Assembly (NCBI RefSeq): GCF_006345805.1
Contig: NC_043000.1
Coordinates: forward strand, 37,944,001-38,008,000
DNA from: Octopus sinensis
Taxonomy: Eukaryota
Direction of reading: 5' to 3'
DNA length: 64,000 bases
The notes under the pieces: generated by a model
The model's input: only the letters and a program-made list of their open reading frames with translations
The model's database searches: none
Told to the model about the DNA's origin: nothing
Shown here: piece after piece, positions 39,036 through 52,260 of the stretch
Position numbering within the stretch: the first letter of the stretch is position 1
How the letters are laid out: each line of letters starts with the position of its first letter
Made by a program: the position numbers and the translations under genes

Positions 39036-39419
39036 AACGAAAAAAGATGGGAGGAGAAACCTCTGCACGGCAAATATGTGGCCCGTAGCAAACAAGCTGA
39101 TGTTGACCAGAAGCAAACCCATCAGTGGCTACGGAGCTCAGGGCTAAAAGCAGAGAGCGAAGGTTTCATCCTAGCTGCTCAAGATCAAAGCCTATTAACC
39201 GGGAACTACCAGGCCAATGTGATGAAAAATGGAGCAGACCCAAAATGCCGATTCTGCAACGACATGATTGAAACAGTGGACCACCTAATCTCTGGATGTA
39301 AAGTCTTAGCACCAGTGGAGTATAAATTAAGACATGACAGAGTTGACCAATATCTACACTGGCTAATAAGTCGCATTACAATATCAAAACTGCCGACAAG
39401 TGGTATAATCACCACCCTG
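39036..39419 (+). mobile_element. R4/Dong-like non-LTR fragment, cut by the assembly gap
   Basis: RWEEKPLHGKY..WLRSSGLKAESEGFILAAQDQSL..CRFCNDMIETVDHLISGC..RHDRV; preceded by (AAT)n. Confidence 0.92.
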
Positions 39420-39519
39420 NNNNNNNNNNNNNNNNNNNNNNNNNNNNNNNNNNNNNNNNNNNNNNNNNNNNNNNNNNNNNNNNNNNNNNNNNNNNNNNNN
39501 NNNNNNNNNNNNNNNNNNN
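39420..39519. other. Assembly gap (100 N)
   Basis: Direct. Confidence 1.
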
Positions 39520-39938
39520 CGAGCCTACGATCTTCCACAGAAAAGAAACACAGAAAGAGCAAGGAGAGAAATGAAGAATGTGTAGTGGCTAACGATCTAT
39601 CATGGCGAAGGCCGGACAGAAGGGTCACACAGGAGAGCTAGGGAGAAGGGGAGATAACAAAGTGGTGATCCCAAAACGAAGGTGTGCGTGCGTGTGTATA
39701 AGAGAGTTTGTGTGTGCGTGTGGAAGAGGGTTGCTGATCATGACGTGTGCGTGTGTGTATGTGTAGGTGTGAAAATGTGGGTCTGGGAAGTGGTCAGTGC
39801 TAGGGTGCACGTGCTGGTGTGATGTGATGTGATGTGTTGTGTGGTATGGTGGCGTAAGGTGTAGTGGTGTGTGGTGGAGTGTTGGGAGGTGGGGAGGCGG
39901 GAGTGGGGAAAGCAAGGATGGGTGTGGGTTAGGCTGAG

Positions 39939-39968
<30 letters not shown>

Positions 39969-39972
<4 letters not shown>

Positions 39973-40171
39973 GGAGTAAACACATAAATGTGAAACAAGG
40001 TGGAAAAAAGAGTACTCAAATATCACAGGTAGAGTAAATGCTTTTATTAAAACGCAGCAGAAATAACAGCTTTTGTTATATTTCTGCCGCTTTTAAATAA
40101 AGCTATTACTCTACTCTGCTATTTGAGTACTCTTTTTTCCACCTTGCTTCATTTATGTGCCTGCTCCGGTA
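39969..40171. repeat. Near-spacerless fold-back between (TA)n tracts; same family at 54442-54591
   Basis: taccggagtaaacacataaatg... and its reverse complement ...atttatgtgcctgctccggta. Confidence 0.9.
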
Positions 40172-40231
40172 TATATATATATAATATACTATATATATAT
40201 AATATATTATATATATAAGATATTATATATA

Positions 40232-40305
<74 letters not shown>

Positions 40306-40347
40306 TATTCTATATATATTATATATATATAGTATATATATATATAC

Positions 40348-40379
<32 letters not shown>

Positions 40380-42121
40380 CACATATATATATGTGTGTGT
40401 AACATATTTGGCCATTCCATGATGTCCAACGTGTTCACACTAAATAGAAACACATTTATATGACATTCCAAATACATTTTATAATAGATAATTTATATAG
40501 ATAGTTTGCATCGTTTTGGCTTTCTCTGTCCTCCGTGCGTATAATGAGTTAGTATCGGTTGGTAAATATCAGGCATCAGCATATATTTTGCTAACTGAAA
40601 TTATAAACAAAAGCGTCAACTCTTATTAGCCTCTTGTGTCCAGGGTGCGCCTCTGGCTGAAGAGACACAACGTCGTCGAATCACTGGCAATCCTAGTGCT
40701 CCTTTGCGCTGATGAATGCAGTGTTAGGGAAAAAGCATTCGTCGTAATGGAGAAATGGTTTCCCTATGACAAAACACACCAGCGATTAGCACATTCATTT
40801 CCGAATCTGCCGGAACTTGTTAAAAGTAATGATGCATTTCATCGTAAATCTGTTACTTAGGCAACGTATAATAATCAGAAAATTTAAACATTGTCATCAA
40901 CAACTCCTAGGCTATGATTTTATCATTTTCATTAATGGTAGAACTATTTTGTCGCCCAGTTTAATTTCATCACCTGACCTTTGGCCGAAATTAGCAGAGT
41001 TATCTGTTGTCAGCAATTGGGTAATGTCTTCGGTTTGGGGATAACTTTGTCCTTCCCATACGTCAGTCCCAGGATACCCTGGCAATGTGGGAGGGTGTTT
41101 GTCGATGACATCAATCCAAATCAATCCAACGGGTACTTTAATTTTGTCGAATCGAGAACAATGAAAGGTTAAAGCTTGCTTCGACGGGATTTGAACTCAC
41201 TACATAAAGAGCTGCAATAATTATCACAAGGCCCTTGATCCAACGCTCTACCACCTCTACCAATCGACTGCTTTTAAGTACAAGCAATTGAAAAAAAAAA
41301 AAAAGAAAAAACACCATCTGAAATCAAAAGGTTAAATGTTGTGTATTTTGGGAGAATGAGTAAATATATTTCGGAATAAAAGAATAACTGATCTGATTCT
41401 AATTGCTTCCTGATATTCCGCTTCACTTCTGTCTATCGCTTCCCTTTTCTCCCTCTCTTTCCTTCCTTCTCTCTTCCTCCCCACTCTTATCCCCCTCTAT
41501 ATCTCTTCTTCTCTTCTCCTCCGCTCTATCCCCCCTCTATATTTCCCCTCCCTCCTAATTTTCCCCCCTCTAACCCATTCTTTCCTCCCCCTCTATCTAA
41601 CCTCTCTCAGTAATATTGAAATAAATTCTATTCACCATTTTCGTAGTTCCAATAGTTTTGCTTGCTTCAATCTAGAATCAATATTTATAATGACTATTTC
41701 GCTAATTCAACTTACACTTTTATTTGCTGCAGTTATTAAAAGAAAATCTTCTCTGTTGCTTTTGTTTATATCTATTTGTTGTTCTTCGGAAATTATTAAT
41801 AGCTATTTTGATTTTTAATCATTTCATTACTGTATATCGAACAGCAGCCTGGTTATGAGATGTCTGTGCTTTTAGTTCTTTCCGAAACAAGACAGATATT
41901 CCCATTAAGTCGTTATATAATTAATTTCAACTGATTAGGCCTCCTTATTAGGGAGTGCTTCTATTCAGAAGCCAACAAAAAGTTGTGAGTAATAAAAGCC
42001 AATATTTGGCTCATGTTTTTTTCGCTAAGTTGAACGAGAGCCAATTACAGAGGAAAACACAAAAGAATGGATATAGTAGATGTGTCAGCCAATCGCAAAT
42101 ATATATATATGTAATATATAT

Positions 42122-42221
<100 letters not shown>

Positions 42222-42374
42222 CTTTGTTATGGGTGAAGCTGTTATGCAGTGTTTAGTTCACTACAAATCGAATCTGCAACTAGCTTTGGGGGCCTCAGCA
42301 GAAACCTTTTAGAATCACTGCCAAAAGTAAAGATTTCGCAAATTTCAGTTTGCCTGCTTGTTACTCATGCCATA

Positions 42375-42560
42375 TCTTTTATCTTTAATCTTTTACTTGT
42401 TTCAGCCGTTATACTGCAGCCATGCTGGAGCACCTCCACGAACAGTTTTTAGCAGAACGAATCAACTCCTGTACCGTCTTTTAAAGCCAACAGTGTCTTT
42501 TGCCGAAGTGCCATGTTACGGAGACGAAAACACACCAACACCGGTTATCAAGTAGTGGGG
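42375..42560 (-). mobile_element. SINE family A, 3' half
   Basis: Homologous to other family A copies. Confidence 0.75.
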
Positions 42561-42736
42561 AACCAAACACAGGCACAAATATCCAAACACACATACACCC
42601 GCACGCAACTCACACACACACACACACACACGCACACACACACACATACATACACACACACATACACACGCACTCAACACACACATACACACGCACTCAA
42701 AACACACATACACACGCACACATATTTATATATATA

Positions 42737-43020
42737 TGAAAGCCCGTAGCTTAGTGGTTAGGGTATTCAGCTCCCGATCACAAGTTCGTGAGTTCGATTT
42801 CCGGCGGCGCGTTGCTCCATTCCACTCAGTTGAAAACAAATGAGTAGTACCTATATATCAAAGGGCCAGCCTTGTCACATTCTGCATCACAATGAATCTG
42901 CCTGAGATCCACATCAAGGGCACGCCAGTCTGTGGAGTACTCAGCCACTTGCTTATTAAATTTCACGAGCAGACTGTTCCGCTGATCGGATCAACTGAAA
43001 CCTTCGTCGTCGTAAGCGCC
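42737..43020 (+). mobile_element. tRNA-headed SINE, family E (same as 44086-44471)
   Basis: A box agcttagtggttaggg, B box gagttcgattt; tail matches the reverse complement of 44100-44260. Confidence 0.8.
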
Positions 43021-43021
43021 G

Positions 43022-43072
43022 TCTTAACTGATGAGGCAACGGAGATTGCTGAAACAGACGTCAGTATTAAGA
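43022..43072 (+). ncRNA. Compact type I hammerhead ribozyme
   Basis: Helix I TCTTAA/TTAAGA; CTGATGA 43028-43034; helix II GGCAA/TTGCT with 6-nt loop; GAAA 43051-43054; near-palindromic helix III ACAGACGTCAGT; triplet GTA 43064-43066. Confidence 0.85.
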
Positions 43073-43277
43073 ATTCTCGATCGGTACATTTCGGACAATT
43101 ATGCTCCGTTAGTGTATATGCTTGCATTCACGTGCGTTAACTACAACAATAGAGAATTTTAGCTCTTATTTCTAGCAATATAGGTGCTTCTTTTTAAAAC
43201 TAGTCACATTTAGCGGTAGTTATAATTCTTCTTGGTTAAACAATGTAAACTGCTGTTTTCATTAATTTTATATACAT

Positions 43278-43315
<38 letters not shown>

Positions 43316-43324
43316 GAACATACA

Positions 43325-43706
43325 TCTCTCTATATATAAACGGCAGTTTGTCTGTGCGTGTTTCTGTGTGTCTGTTAGGTTGTACCCTCACCCTGACCAC
43401 GGCTTTCAACCGATTCTGATGAAACTTGACACACACATAGCCCAATCTCATAATTCAAAACTAACGCAGCGAAAATTTTGAAAAGTTCCCCCAGTTCTGA
43501 AAAAAATCGATAAATTCGACATGGGGTCGAGAATCAGAAACCCAACCACAGACCGTCTAGGGGACGCAACTCCACCTTTTTTAACTCTCAAAAAAATTTA
43601 CCATCATTTTTTCCCCATTTTTTTGCTATTTTTTGGCTATAACTCTCTAAAAATGCTTTATAGTTATTTCCTTTACAACCTGAGCACCGCCGGGCGATAC
43701 TGCTAG
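43325..43706 (+). mobile_element. Non-autonomous Helitron, complete
   Basis: A|TCtctctatatataaa...gagcaccgccgggcgatactgCTAG|T. Confidence 0.9.
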
Positions 43707-43941
43707 TACTTATAAATTTGTCTTTTCTTGTGTTCAAAACACCATTTTAGCGCCATTTAACTGCGTAATTAATTTTCCTGGTTATTCCAGTAATACTGTA
43801 TTAAACGTCTACTAAAATATAGCATTGGTATTTTCTGCAGGTCATGCTGCCTCAACAAATTTGACATATCTCAAACAGTTCCAAAACATGACATTCTTCA
43901 ACAAAGGACAGACTGGGATATAAAACTGCTTTCTGCGGTGA

Positions 43942-44558
43942 ACTTGTTTGTTACCATACTTCTATTGACATATACTGACCTCGTTTCAATTGATTTTTAA
44001 AATAATGAAAGACTTTAATAAAATAACTTCCTCATTATCAAGCTGGGGTCTGGAACAAATTAGCATAAAATTTTAATGGAAGATTGTGGAAGCACTCCGT
44101 CGGTTACGACGATGAGGGTTCCGGTTGATCCGAATCAACGGAACAGCCTGCTCGTGAAATTAACGTGTAAGTGGCTGAGCACTCCACAGACACGTGTACC
44201 CTTAACGTAGTTCTCGGGGATATTCAGCGTGACACAGAGAGTGACAAGGCCGGCCCTTTGAAATACAGGTACAACAGAAACAGGAAGTAAGAGTGAGAGA
44301 AAGTTGTGGTGAAAGAGTACAGCAGGGATCACCAACATCCACTGCCGGAGCCTCGTGGAGCTTTAGGTGTTTTCGCTCAATAAACACTCACAACGCCCGG
44401 TCTGGGAATCGAAACCGCGATCCTATGACCGCGAGTCCACTGCCCTAACCACTGGGCCATTGCGCCTCCACTAATGGAAGATTATAATTCTTTTAAAGCA
44501 TTAAGTTTGTGTTATAGAACCAGAGGCAGTCTCATATAGTTGGTATCGACAGGGTTAA
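43942..44558. mobile_element. piggyBac-type MITE interrupted by a SINE
   Basis: Right end ggtatcgacagggTTAA; left end degenerate (tttgttacc). Confidence 0.6.
44086..44471 (-). mobile_element. Full-length SINE family E with 12-bp target-site duplication
   Basis: TSD taatggaagatt at 44074-44085 and 44472-44483; tRNA-like head on the minus strand. Confidence 0.92.
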
Positions 44559-44638
44559 GGGCAACAAAATTTTGAGTGGATACATCTGATTTCTGCAGTA
44601 AAAGGGTTAATGACAAATAATTGTATGATCAGTTAGAT

Positions 44639-44760
44639 CAGTGGTTCTCACTAGGTCCATATGGCCTTTAAGGGTCCACATCAGATTTTGTTCGTTAAAA
44701 ATTCTGAGCAATAAATTGGTTATACTTCAACAATACACAAAATATTTTAATTTTTTAATA
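44639..44760. mobile_element. hAT-like MITE end
   Basis: cagtggttctc terminus typical of hAT TIRs; partner end not found. Confidence 0.4.
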
Positions 44761-44789
44761 CAATTTATAATAATATCTATATATGTATA

Positions 44790-45165
44790 TGTCTGTGTAT
44801 GGCAGGTTTGGTAACCTTCAACTAACACTATCTCCTCCGAGACCCTGCGGCGCAAGTTCACCAAACTTGAGAGTATGATAGAAGAAGGCTTGCTCTTCAT
44901 TCCGTAGAAGAAAACATTCAAATTGGACCATGTTAACACCAAAAATTATTTACATCAAAAAGGTGCTTTTTTCTACTATGAAAATCCCTATTTTTTACGA
45001 TTTTTTGACTGCTGTGTTGCGATTTTTCAGTGTATTTCAACCAGAAAAATGTTCACTTAAAGAGAATAACAAGCTACATAATGAAAAATTTTTACTTTTC
45101 AAAAATTCCAATTCTAAAGAGTCGAAAAGAAAACAAGCCCAAGCAACGCTGGGCTATACTGCTAG
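44790..45165 (+). mobile_element. Helitron 3' portion
   Basis: cccaagcaacgctgggctatactgCTAG|T. Confidence 0.75.
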
Positions 45166-45605
45166 TACATATATACATGCGTACATACATACACACATAC
45201 ATGCATATATACATACATATATACAAACATACATACATATATACATGCGTACAGACATACATACACGCATACATACATACATACATACATACACACATAC
45301 ACACATACATACATACAAGCATACATATATACTCATATGCATGCATATATTCATACATATATACATACATATACAAACATGCATATATACATATATACAT
45401 ATATGCATACATATATACATAATACCTACATACATGCATATACGCATACATAAATGCTTGCATACATACATACATACATAAATACATACATACATACACA
45501 CACATACATACATGCATATACGCATACATAGATACATACATACATACATACATACATACATACATACATACATACATACATACATACATACATACATACA
45601 CATAT
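45166..45605. repeat. Degenerate (TACA)n tract
   Basis: Direct; also at 21995-22130 and 29365-29525. Confidence 0.95.
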
Positions 45606-45839
45606 ATATTTTCACAACGTCTTTCATTTAGCTTCCGTCTACTAATTCCTCTCTCAAGGTTTTGGATGGCTCGAATCTATAGTAAAAGACATTTACGCAA
45701 GGTTCCAAGGGAAAACTTTCAACTGCCATTCTCGATAGTTGTTTGTGCTTATGTATTTGTCAACAGGCGCAGACGAACTCTCGGCCCCTTCCATGCTAGA
45801 CTGAGCGAATTAAAGATCCAGTTTTACCCAACTGGAGAG

Positions 45840-45892
<53 letters not shown>

Positions 45893-46109
45893 AGGGAGTG
45901 AGGGTAAGAACGGAAGCAGCTCTAAGCTGCTACACACATTTAGCCGAGTAGTATGGAGCAACGTGCAATGAAGTGCCTTGCTGAAGGACACTATACTCCG
46001 ACTGATTCTGAAATCGAACCAATATCCTTATGACCATGAGCCCAACTTCCGACCTACTACAATACACACATTCATATATTGTAGTTGCATATACTATATA
46101 TATAAACAG

Positions 46110-46525
46110 GAGTTGTTGTGTGGTAAGTAGCTTGCTTACGAACCACATGGTTACGGGTTCAGTCCCACTGCGTGGCACCTTGGGCAAGTTTCTTCTACTA
46201 TAGCCTCGGGCCGACCAAAGCCTTGTGAGTGGATTTGGTAGACGGAAACTGAAAGAAGCCCGTCGTATATATGTATATATGTATATATGTATGTGTGTGC
46301 AAATGTTTGTATGTCTGTATTTGTCCACACAACATCGCTTGACAACTGATGCTGTTATATTTACGTCCCCGTAACGTAGCGATTCGGCAAAAGGGACCGA
46401 TAGAATAATTACTAGGCTTACAAAAGAATAGGTCCTGTGGTCGAGATGCCCGACTATTGGCGGTGCTCCAGCATGGCCGCAGTCAAATGACTGAAACAAG
46501 TAAAAGAATAAAAGAATAAAAGAAT
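46110..46525 (+). mobile_element. SINE family A, full length
   Basis: Head through (aaaagaata)n tail. Confidence 0.92.
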
Positions 46526-46629
46526 ACTACACCGATCCAAGATATCCTATGGTTTCGTTTGTACTTAAACAGAATAATCCTGCTTCAGGTTACTCGTATC
46601 ATATTGAATGAAATGAAAACTAAACGACT

Positions 46630-46980
46630 GGCTAGGTGGTAAGCAGCTTGCTCCCCAACCACATTGTTCCAAGCTCAATCTCAGTGTGCCACATAGAGGG
46701 TAAGGGAGTTCTACTATAGCCTCGGGCCAACCAAATTTGTGAGTGGATTTGATAGAAGGAAACTGAAGGAAGCCCGTGTGTGTGTCTGTTTTTCTCCCAC
46801 CACAGTTGGACAACCAGCGTTGGTGCTTTTACGCTCTTTTAACCTAGCAATTCAGCAAAAGAGATCCGATAGAATAAGTGCCAGACTTCAAAATAAGTTC
46901 AGAGGCCGATTCGTTCAGTGTTCCAGCTCGGTCGCAGTATAACGTCTGCAACAAGCAAAAGAATAAAAGAATGAATTAAG
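46630..46980 (+). mobile_element. SINE family A, older copy
   Basis: Diverged homologue. Confidence 0.75.
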
Positions 46981-47454
46981 TAAAAATAATTACGTGGTGA
47001 GGAAAAGACACCATTAAACCTAAAAAAAGAATCATATAATGAATGACTACGAATATTATAGCTACTTCCATCCTTAATGTAAGTGTCAGGCAGAATTAAC
47101 ATGATGCAGTTTGTATGATAAGAGACAGGCCGTTTGACTTACAAGTACGATTTTGTCAATTCAAAGTCCTTGTTCGATCCAGTTTTATCCACGTTTGAGA
47201 GAAACGACGTTTAGCAGGAGTTACGAATATAATTATTTAAAACAGGTTGTTTCGGCTTCATGGTACTTGGAAATGATTTTTCTCACTTTCTCGACCGTCA
47301 AACTAATACGCCTGCTTGTTGTTCATACACCTGTCTTCGACTTTTGTTTTTTGGTAAATATCAACTATATATATATATATATATATATATATTGATATAT
47401 ATGTATATATATATATATATATATGTATGTATATATATATATATATATATGTAT

Positions 47455-47495
<41 letters not shown>

Positions 47496-47624
47496 ATAAT
47501 CAGCCAAAATTGCGAGGATGATCCGGTTCTTGACTGAAGATTGAAGGCTTCGAATGTCCCGTCCGTGTTTTTAGTATCGTCTCCTAAATGTTTTACGTTC
47601 TTGTCCCAGTTTGTATATTTTTAC

Positions 47625-47657
<33 letters not shown>

Positions 47658-47680
47658 ATATATATATATATATGTATGTA

Positions 47681-47731
<51 letters not shown>

Positions 47732-47744
47732 TAGCAATATATAG

Positions 47745-47783
<39 letters not shown>

Positions 47784-47789
47784 TCTTTA

Positions 47790-48015
47790 TTACCCACAAG
47801 GAGCTAAACATAGAAGGGGCAAACAAGGACAGACAAAGGAATTAAGTCGATTACATCGACCCCAGTGCGTAACTGGTACTTAACTTATCGACTTCGAAAG
47901 GATGAAAGGCAAAGTCGGCCTCGGCGGAATTTGAACTCAGAACGTAACGGCAGACGAAATATGGCTACGCATTTCGGCCGGTGTGCTAACGGTTCTGCCA
48001 GCTCGTCGCCTTATT
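47790..48015 (-). mobile_element. SINE family B, full length
   Basis: Homologous to other family B copies. Confidence 0.9.
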
Positions 48016-48024
48016 TATATATAT

Positions 48025-48240
48025 CACTGTGATCACCGTGACCGACCAGGCTATCAAATGTTGCTACACATCGCTGGTCACAATGCGCTTCGCAGTGTTT
48101 CAGTCTTCAAATGACTAATTGAGCAGGCCAACAAAAGAAGAGTGCGAGAAAGTTGTGGCGAAAGAATACAACAGGGATCGCCACTACCCCCTGCCGGAGC
48201 TGCATGGAGGTTTAGGTGTTTTTGCTCAATAAACACTCAC
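48025..48240 (-). mobile_element. SINE related to family E, head truncated
   Basis: Shares gagaaagttgtgg..gccggagc..tttaggtgtttt.gctcaataaacactcaca with 44295-44395. Confidence 0.75.
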
Positions 48241-48244
48241 AAAT

Positions 48245-48720
48245 TCTTTTTTAATATGCTAGACCACTGGTCTTAATTGATAAATATCAATTTCTACCCT
48301 TAATTAATTTTATATAAATAAATATGTTCTCTAACCGATAAATTGACTGCTGCTAATTATTAGCTGCAGGCTAGTTTTCTCGGGTTTCAACGCGCCAAAG
48401 TAAAGGCATTTGAAAGATATATTCAAATGTAATAGGCTGAACTCCATGCACGCGATATTTCGGTATCGTGTTTGCATCTAGTCCAGCAAATTGCATTTAT
48501 AACGGACCATGCTGATGATGGCTGCAGTTTTCCTTGCGGAAAATAACAGCTGAAACTAATTAGTACATGGGTAATTATTTTATTTCGTATATTTTTCACT
48601 TGTTTATTGCTATGGTTTTGTGTTGAGTTTGATCTGAGAACATAATCTTTTGTGGTGAATGGCGATTTGACGTCTATATCTAGCATGTTGACTGTCCACT
48701 TTTCGTGTTCAGTCTTAATT
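48245..48720 (+). mobile_element. HHR-bearing non-coding repeat, copy 3
   Basis: Aligns by eye with 16090-16590; ends in (TA)n. Confidence 0.85.
48507..48570 (+). ncRNA. Type I hammerhead ribozyme (one extra nucleotide after A9)
   Basis: Helix I CCATG/CATGG; CTGATGA 48512-48518 plus extra T; helix II GGCTG/CAGCT with inner ttttcc/ggaaaa hairpin; GAAA 48552-48555; perfectly palindromic helix III ACTAATTAGT; triplet GTA 48563-48565. Confidence 0.82.
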
Positions 48721-48868
<148 letters not shown>

Positions 48869-48981
48869 TAGGTAATATATTCAATGAGAATATTATATAC
48901 TGAATTTATATGAGTGCTCTATTGTATCAAAGTATTAATACTATTAAAGCATTTATATATTTAATACGAGCGATTATATAT

Positions 48982-50036
48982 ATTTTATAATGTATTATTA
49001 TTAATATCAGAAAATCAATATTAGAAAATTCTTCAGAAATATATATACGTGTGTAAAATAATTGTTGTATTAAAAATATAAATATTTATAAAAATATATG
49101 TAACTATGTATAAGTTTCAATATATAATGTATATGACAGTTTAAAACTAACTCCACATAACTTCACATATAATTTAAAATATGATTTTATTTCATATTAT
49201 TTAAGTCTAAGAACTATATTTGGAATACAGGAAAATATAATGGAATTTATACATAATTATTATGGATTGCTACAAAAGGAGGCATATATGAATTTCAAGA
49301 TTCTCATACTAAAGTGTACATACCAAAATCAAAAGCAGTAATTTTTAATTTATATTTCAAACAAACACCATTTTACAATATTACTTCATAATAAAAAAAA
49401 ATACTACCATTCGTAAAATTATACAAATTTCACATTTGATATTACTGAAGAGAAGAAGAGTTATCTATAAATGCTTATCAATATAGGATTCCATTATTCT
49501 ATATTATCTAAGTCTATGAACTATATTTGGAATACAGGACAATATAATGGATTTTACACATAAATATTATGGATTAATACAGAAGAATTACCAAGGAAGC
49601 ATATATGGATTTAAAGACTCTCATACTTACCAAAGTGTACTTACCAAAATCAAAAGCAGTAATTTAATTTATATTTTAAACAAACACCATTTTATAGTAT
49701 TACTTCAAATTTAAAAAAAACTACCATTCGATATGTTATACAAAATTCACATTTTATATCTCTGAAGAACAGAAGAGTTGTCTACAAATGCTTATCAATA
49801 TAGGATTCCATTATAGGAGTAGCACTTCTGTTAAACGATCGTATGATGCTTTAAAGACTTAATTCAAAAACTTTTAAACTGTCATATACATTATATATTT
49901 ATACTTATATATATTTACATATATTTATATATATTTATATTGTTAATACAACAATGGTTTTACACACGTATATATATCTTTCTGAAGAATTTTCTAATAT
50001 TGATTTCCTGATATTAATAATGATATATTATAAAAT
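48982..50036. mobile_element. ~1.05-kb AT-rich element with ~165-bp terminal inverted repeats and an internal ~305-bp tandem duplication
   Basis: Arms 48982-49146 / 49872-50036; repeat units ~49200-49500 and ~49505-49812. Confidence 0.75.
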
Positions 50037-50041
50037 GTATG

Positions 50042-50135
<94 letters not shown>

Positions 50136-50173
50136 ATGTAAAAATGTCTATTTGATGAGTGTTGTTGTTGTTT

Positions 50174-50267
50174 ATATCTATCCTGATGAGACTGATGCAT
50201 AGCTGACAATAATTTATCCTGTCGGACGTACGCTGGATGTATCCATCGAAACATATGTAGAAGATAT
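50174..50267 (+). ncRNA. Type I hammerhead ribozyme with long helix II
   Basis: Helix I atatct(a)tc/gaagatat; CTGATGA 50183-50189; helix II GA/TC then gatgcat/atgtatc, agc/gct, tgaca/tgtcg; GAAA 50248-50251; palindromic helix III ACATATGT; triplet GTA 50257-50259. Confidence 0.78.
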
Positions 50268-50849
50268 GAAGACATAAATGTTTAAATAACATCCTGAGAA
50301 TTTGTCTCCTTTTTCAAGTTTTCCTATTTTCTCCTAAATAAGACTTACTTATCTCGGTATCAAATCACACACAAGTGTGATCATAGTTTCGCATAACGCT
50401 GAAGTAACATTTATATATGATGAAGGATGTGTGGTTGGTAATGACAAGGATAACATTGAACCGATGACCAGATGAGCAACAAGAATGACAGCAACAATAA
50501 TAGAACTGAAACATATAACAATAACAACACCAACAACAACAACATAAGCAGAAATATTGACAACTCGGATAGAGGAGCAATTATAAAAATGAATACCTCC
50601 ACATTCATTTCTGCTACGCGTATTACGCATAGAAATACACACACACGCACGTACACACACACACACACACACTCACATACGCGCGCATACACACACACAT
50701 ATAGGGACACATATGATGTGCACGCATCCAGTCGTATACACAAGCACACAAACACACAAACACACAAGAAAACATACACAGACACATGCACACTGAGTCA
50801 CACATAAATAGATACAGGCAAATGAGTACATACAGTACAAACACACACA

Positions 50850-50966
50850 CATATATACACGTACTCGTGTGTCTTGTAGTCTTGTATGTTTGGCATGAAC
50901 TAAGAGTTTCTAAATTGATGACTACATACATACATGCATACATATGTATATATATATATATATATG

Positions 50967-51027
<61 letters not shown>

Positions 51028-51505
51028 CTGTGCATATGTATGCATATACATATACATACATACATATATGTAGATGTATATACATATACATATATACATA
51101 TATTTATATATGTATACACACACATATGCATATATGTATGATGTATATGTATGTGTGTATTTGTATGTATACATACATATGTATATGTGTGTATATATAT
51201 ATATATATTTATATATATAATATATATATGTATATATATATACATATATATATGTATATATACATATATGTATGTATATATATATGCAATATATATATAT
51301 TTATATATATATATATATATGCGTATATATATATTATATATATATATATGCATATATATATATATATATATGCGTATATATATGTATATATATATATATG
51401 TATGTACCTCTCTCTCTCTCTCTCTATCTATATATATATATATATATATGTATATATCTCTCTCTCGCTCTCTCTGTCTCTGTATACACACACACACACA
51501 CGCAT
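50850..51505. repeat. Long compound (TA)n/(TG)n/(TC)n microsatellite field
   Basis: Direct; similar fields at 23740-23990, 35900-36520 and 37260-37830. Confidence 0.95.
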
Positions 51506-51784
51506 ATATTGTCCACTATGATGGATAGCAACAATTAAGAGAGTGCTAAGATTAATCATATTGGACATTGCAGATCCATTCTCTCTCTCGCTCTCTCTCC
51601 CTCTCTCTCCTCTAATTCCACCATTCAGACTCATTGTCTTTCACCTCCTCCTCTGTCTAACAAACCCACTCACAAAAACAACTCCCTCCCTCTCCCTCTC
51701 TCTATATCTCAAACCACCATGTTTATTATCATTTCTTCTTAACTTTCCACAAAACTCCATTTCATTTCATTATTACGATTATTT

Positions 51785-52260
51785 AAAAGGCAGTGAGCTG
51801 GCAGAATCTTTCGATCTAATCGACTGGTCCCCTCTCCCAAAAATTTCGGGTCTTGTGCCTTGAGTAGAAAAGGATATTTATTATTCAAAGGCGGTGAGCT
51901 GGCAGAAACGTTAGTACGCCGGGCGAAATGCTTAGCAGTATTTCGTCTGCCTTTCATCGTTTCGGGGTCGATAAATTAAGTACCAGTTTCGCACTGAGGT
52001 CGATATAATCGACTTAATCCGTTTGTCTGTCCTTGTTTGTCCCCTCTATGTTTAGCCCCTTGTGGGTAGTAAAGAAATAGATATTTCGTCTGCCGTTACG
52101 TTCTGAGTTCAAATCCCATCGAGGTTCACTTTGCCTTTCATCGTTTCGGGGTCGATAAATTAAGTACTAGTTACGTACTGGGGTCGATCTAATCGTCTAG
52201 TCCCCTTGCGCCAAATTTCAAGCCTTGTGCTTGTAGCAGGAAGGATTATTACAATTGCTA
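51785..52260 (+). mobile_element. Tandem or nested cluster of family B SINEs
   Basis: Heads at ~51787 and ~51889; repeated bodies to ~52260; another head at 52840-52925. Confidence 0.85.

Noticed and set aside
39520-39641. Continuation of the 236-aa ORF across the N gap
   Set aside because: The frame is kept only because Ns are translated as X; the sequence after the gap is not R4/Dong-like.
40654-40760. CTGAAGA-GAC..GTC and CTGATGA-ATGC..GCAT motifs
   Set aside because: No GAAA at the required position and no helix I or III; treated as chance.
47490-47600. CTGAAGA..TTCGAATGTC, PLE-like signature
   Set aside because: Too degenerate to fold as an HHR.
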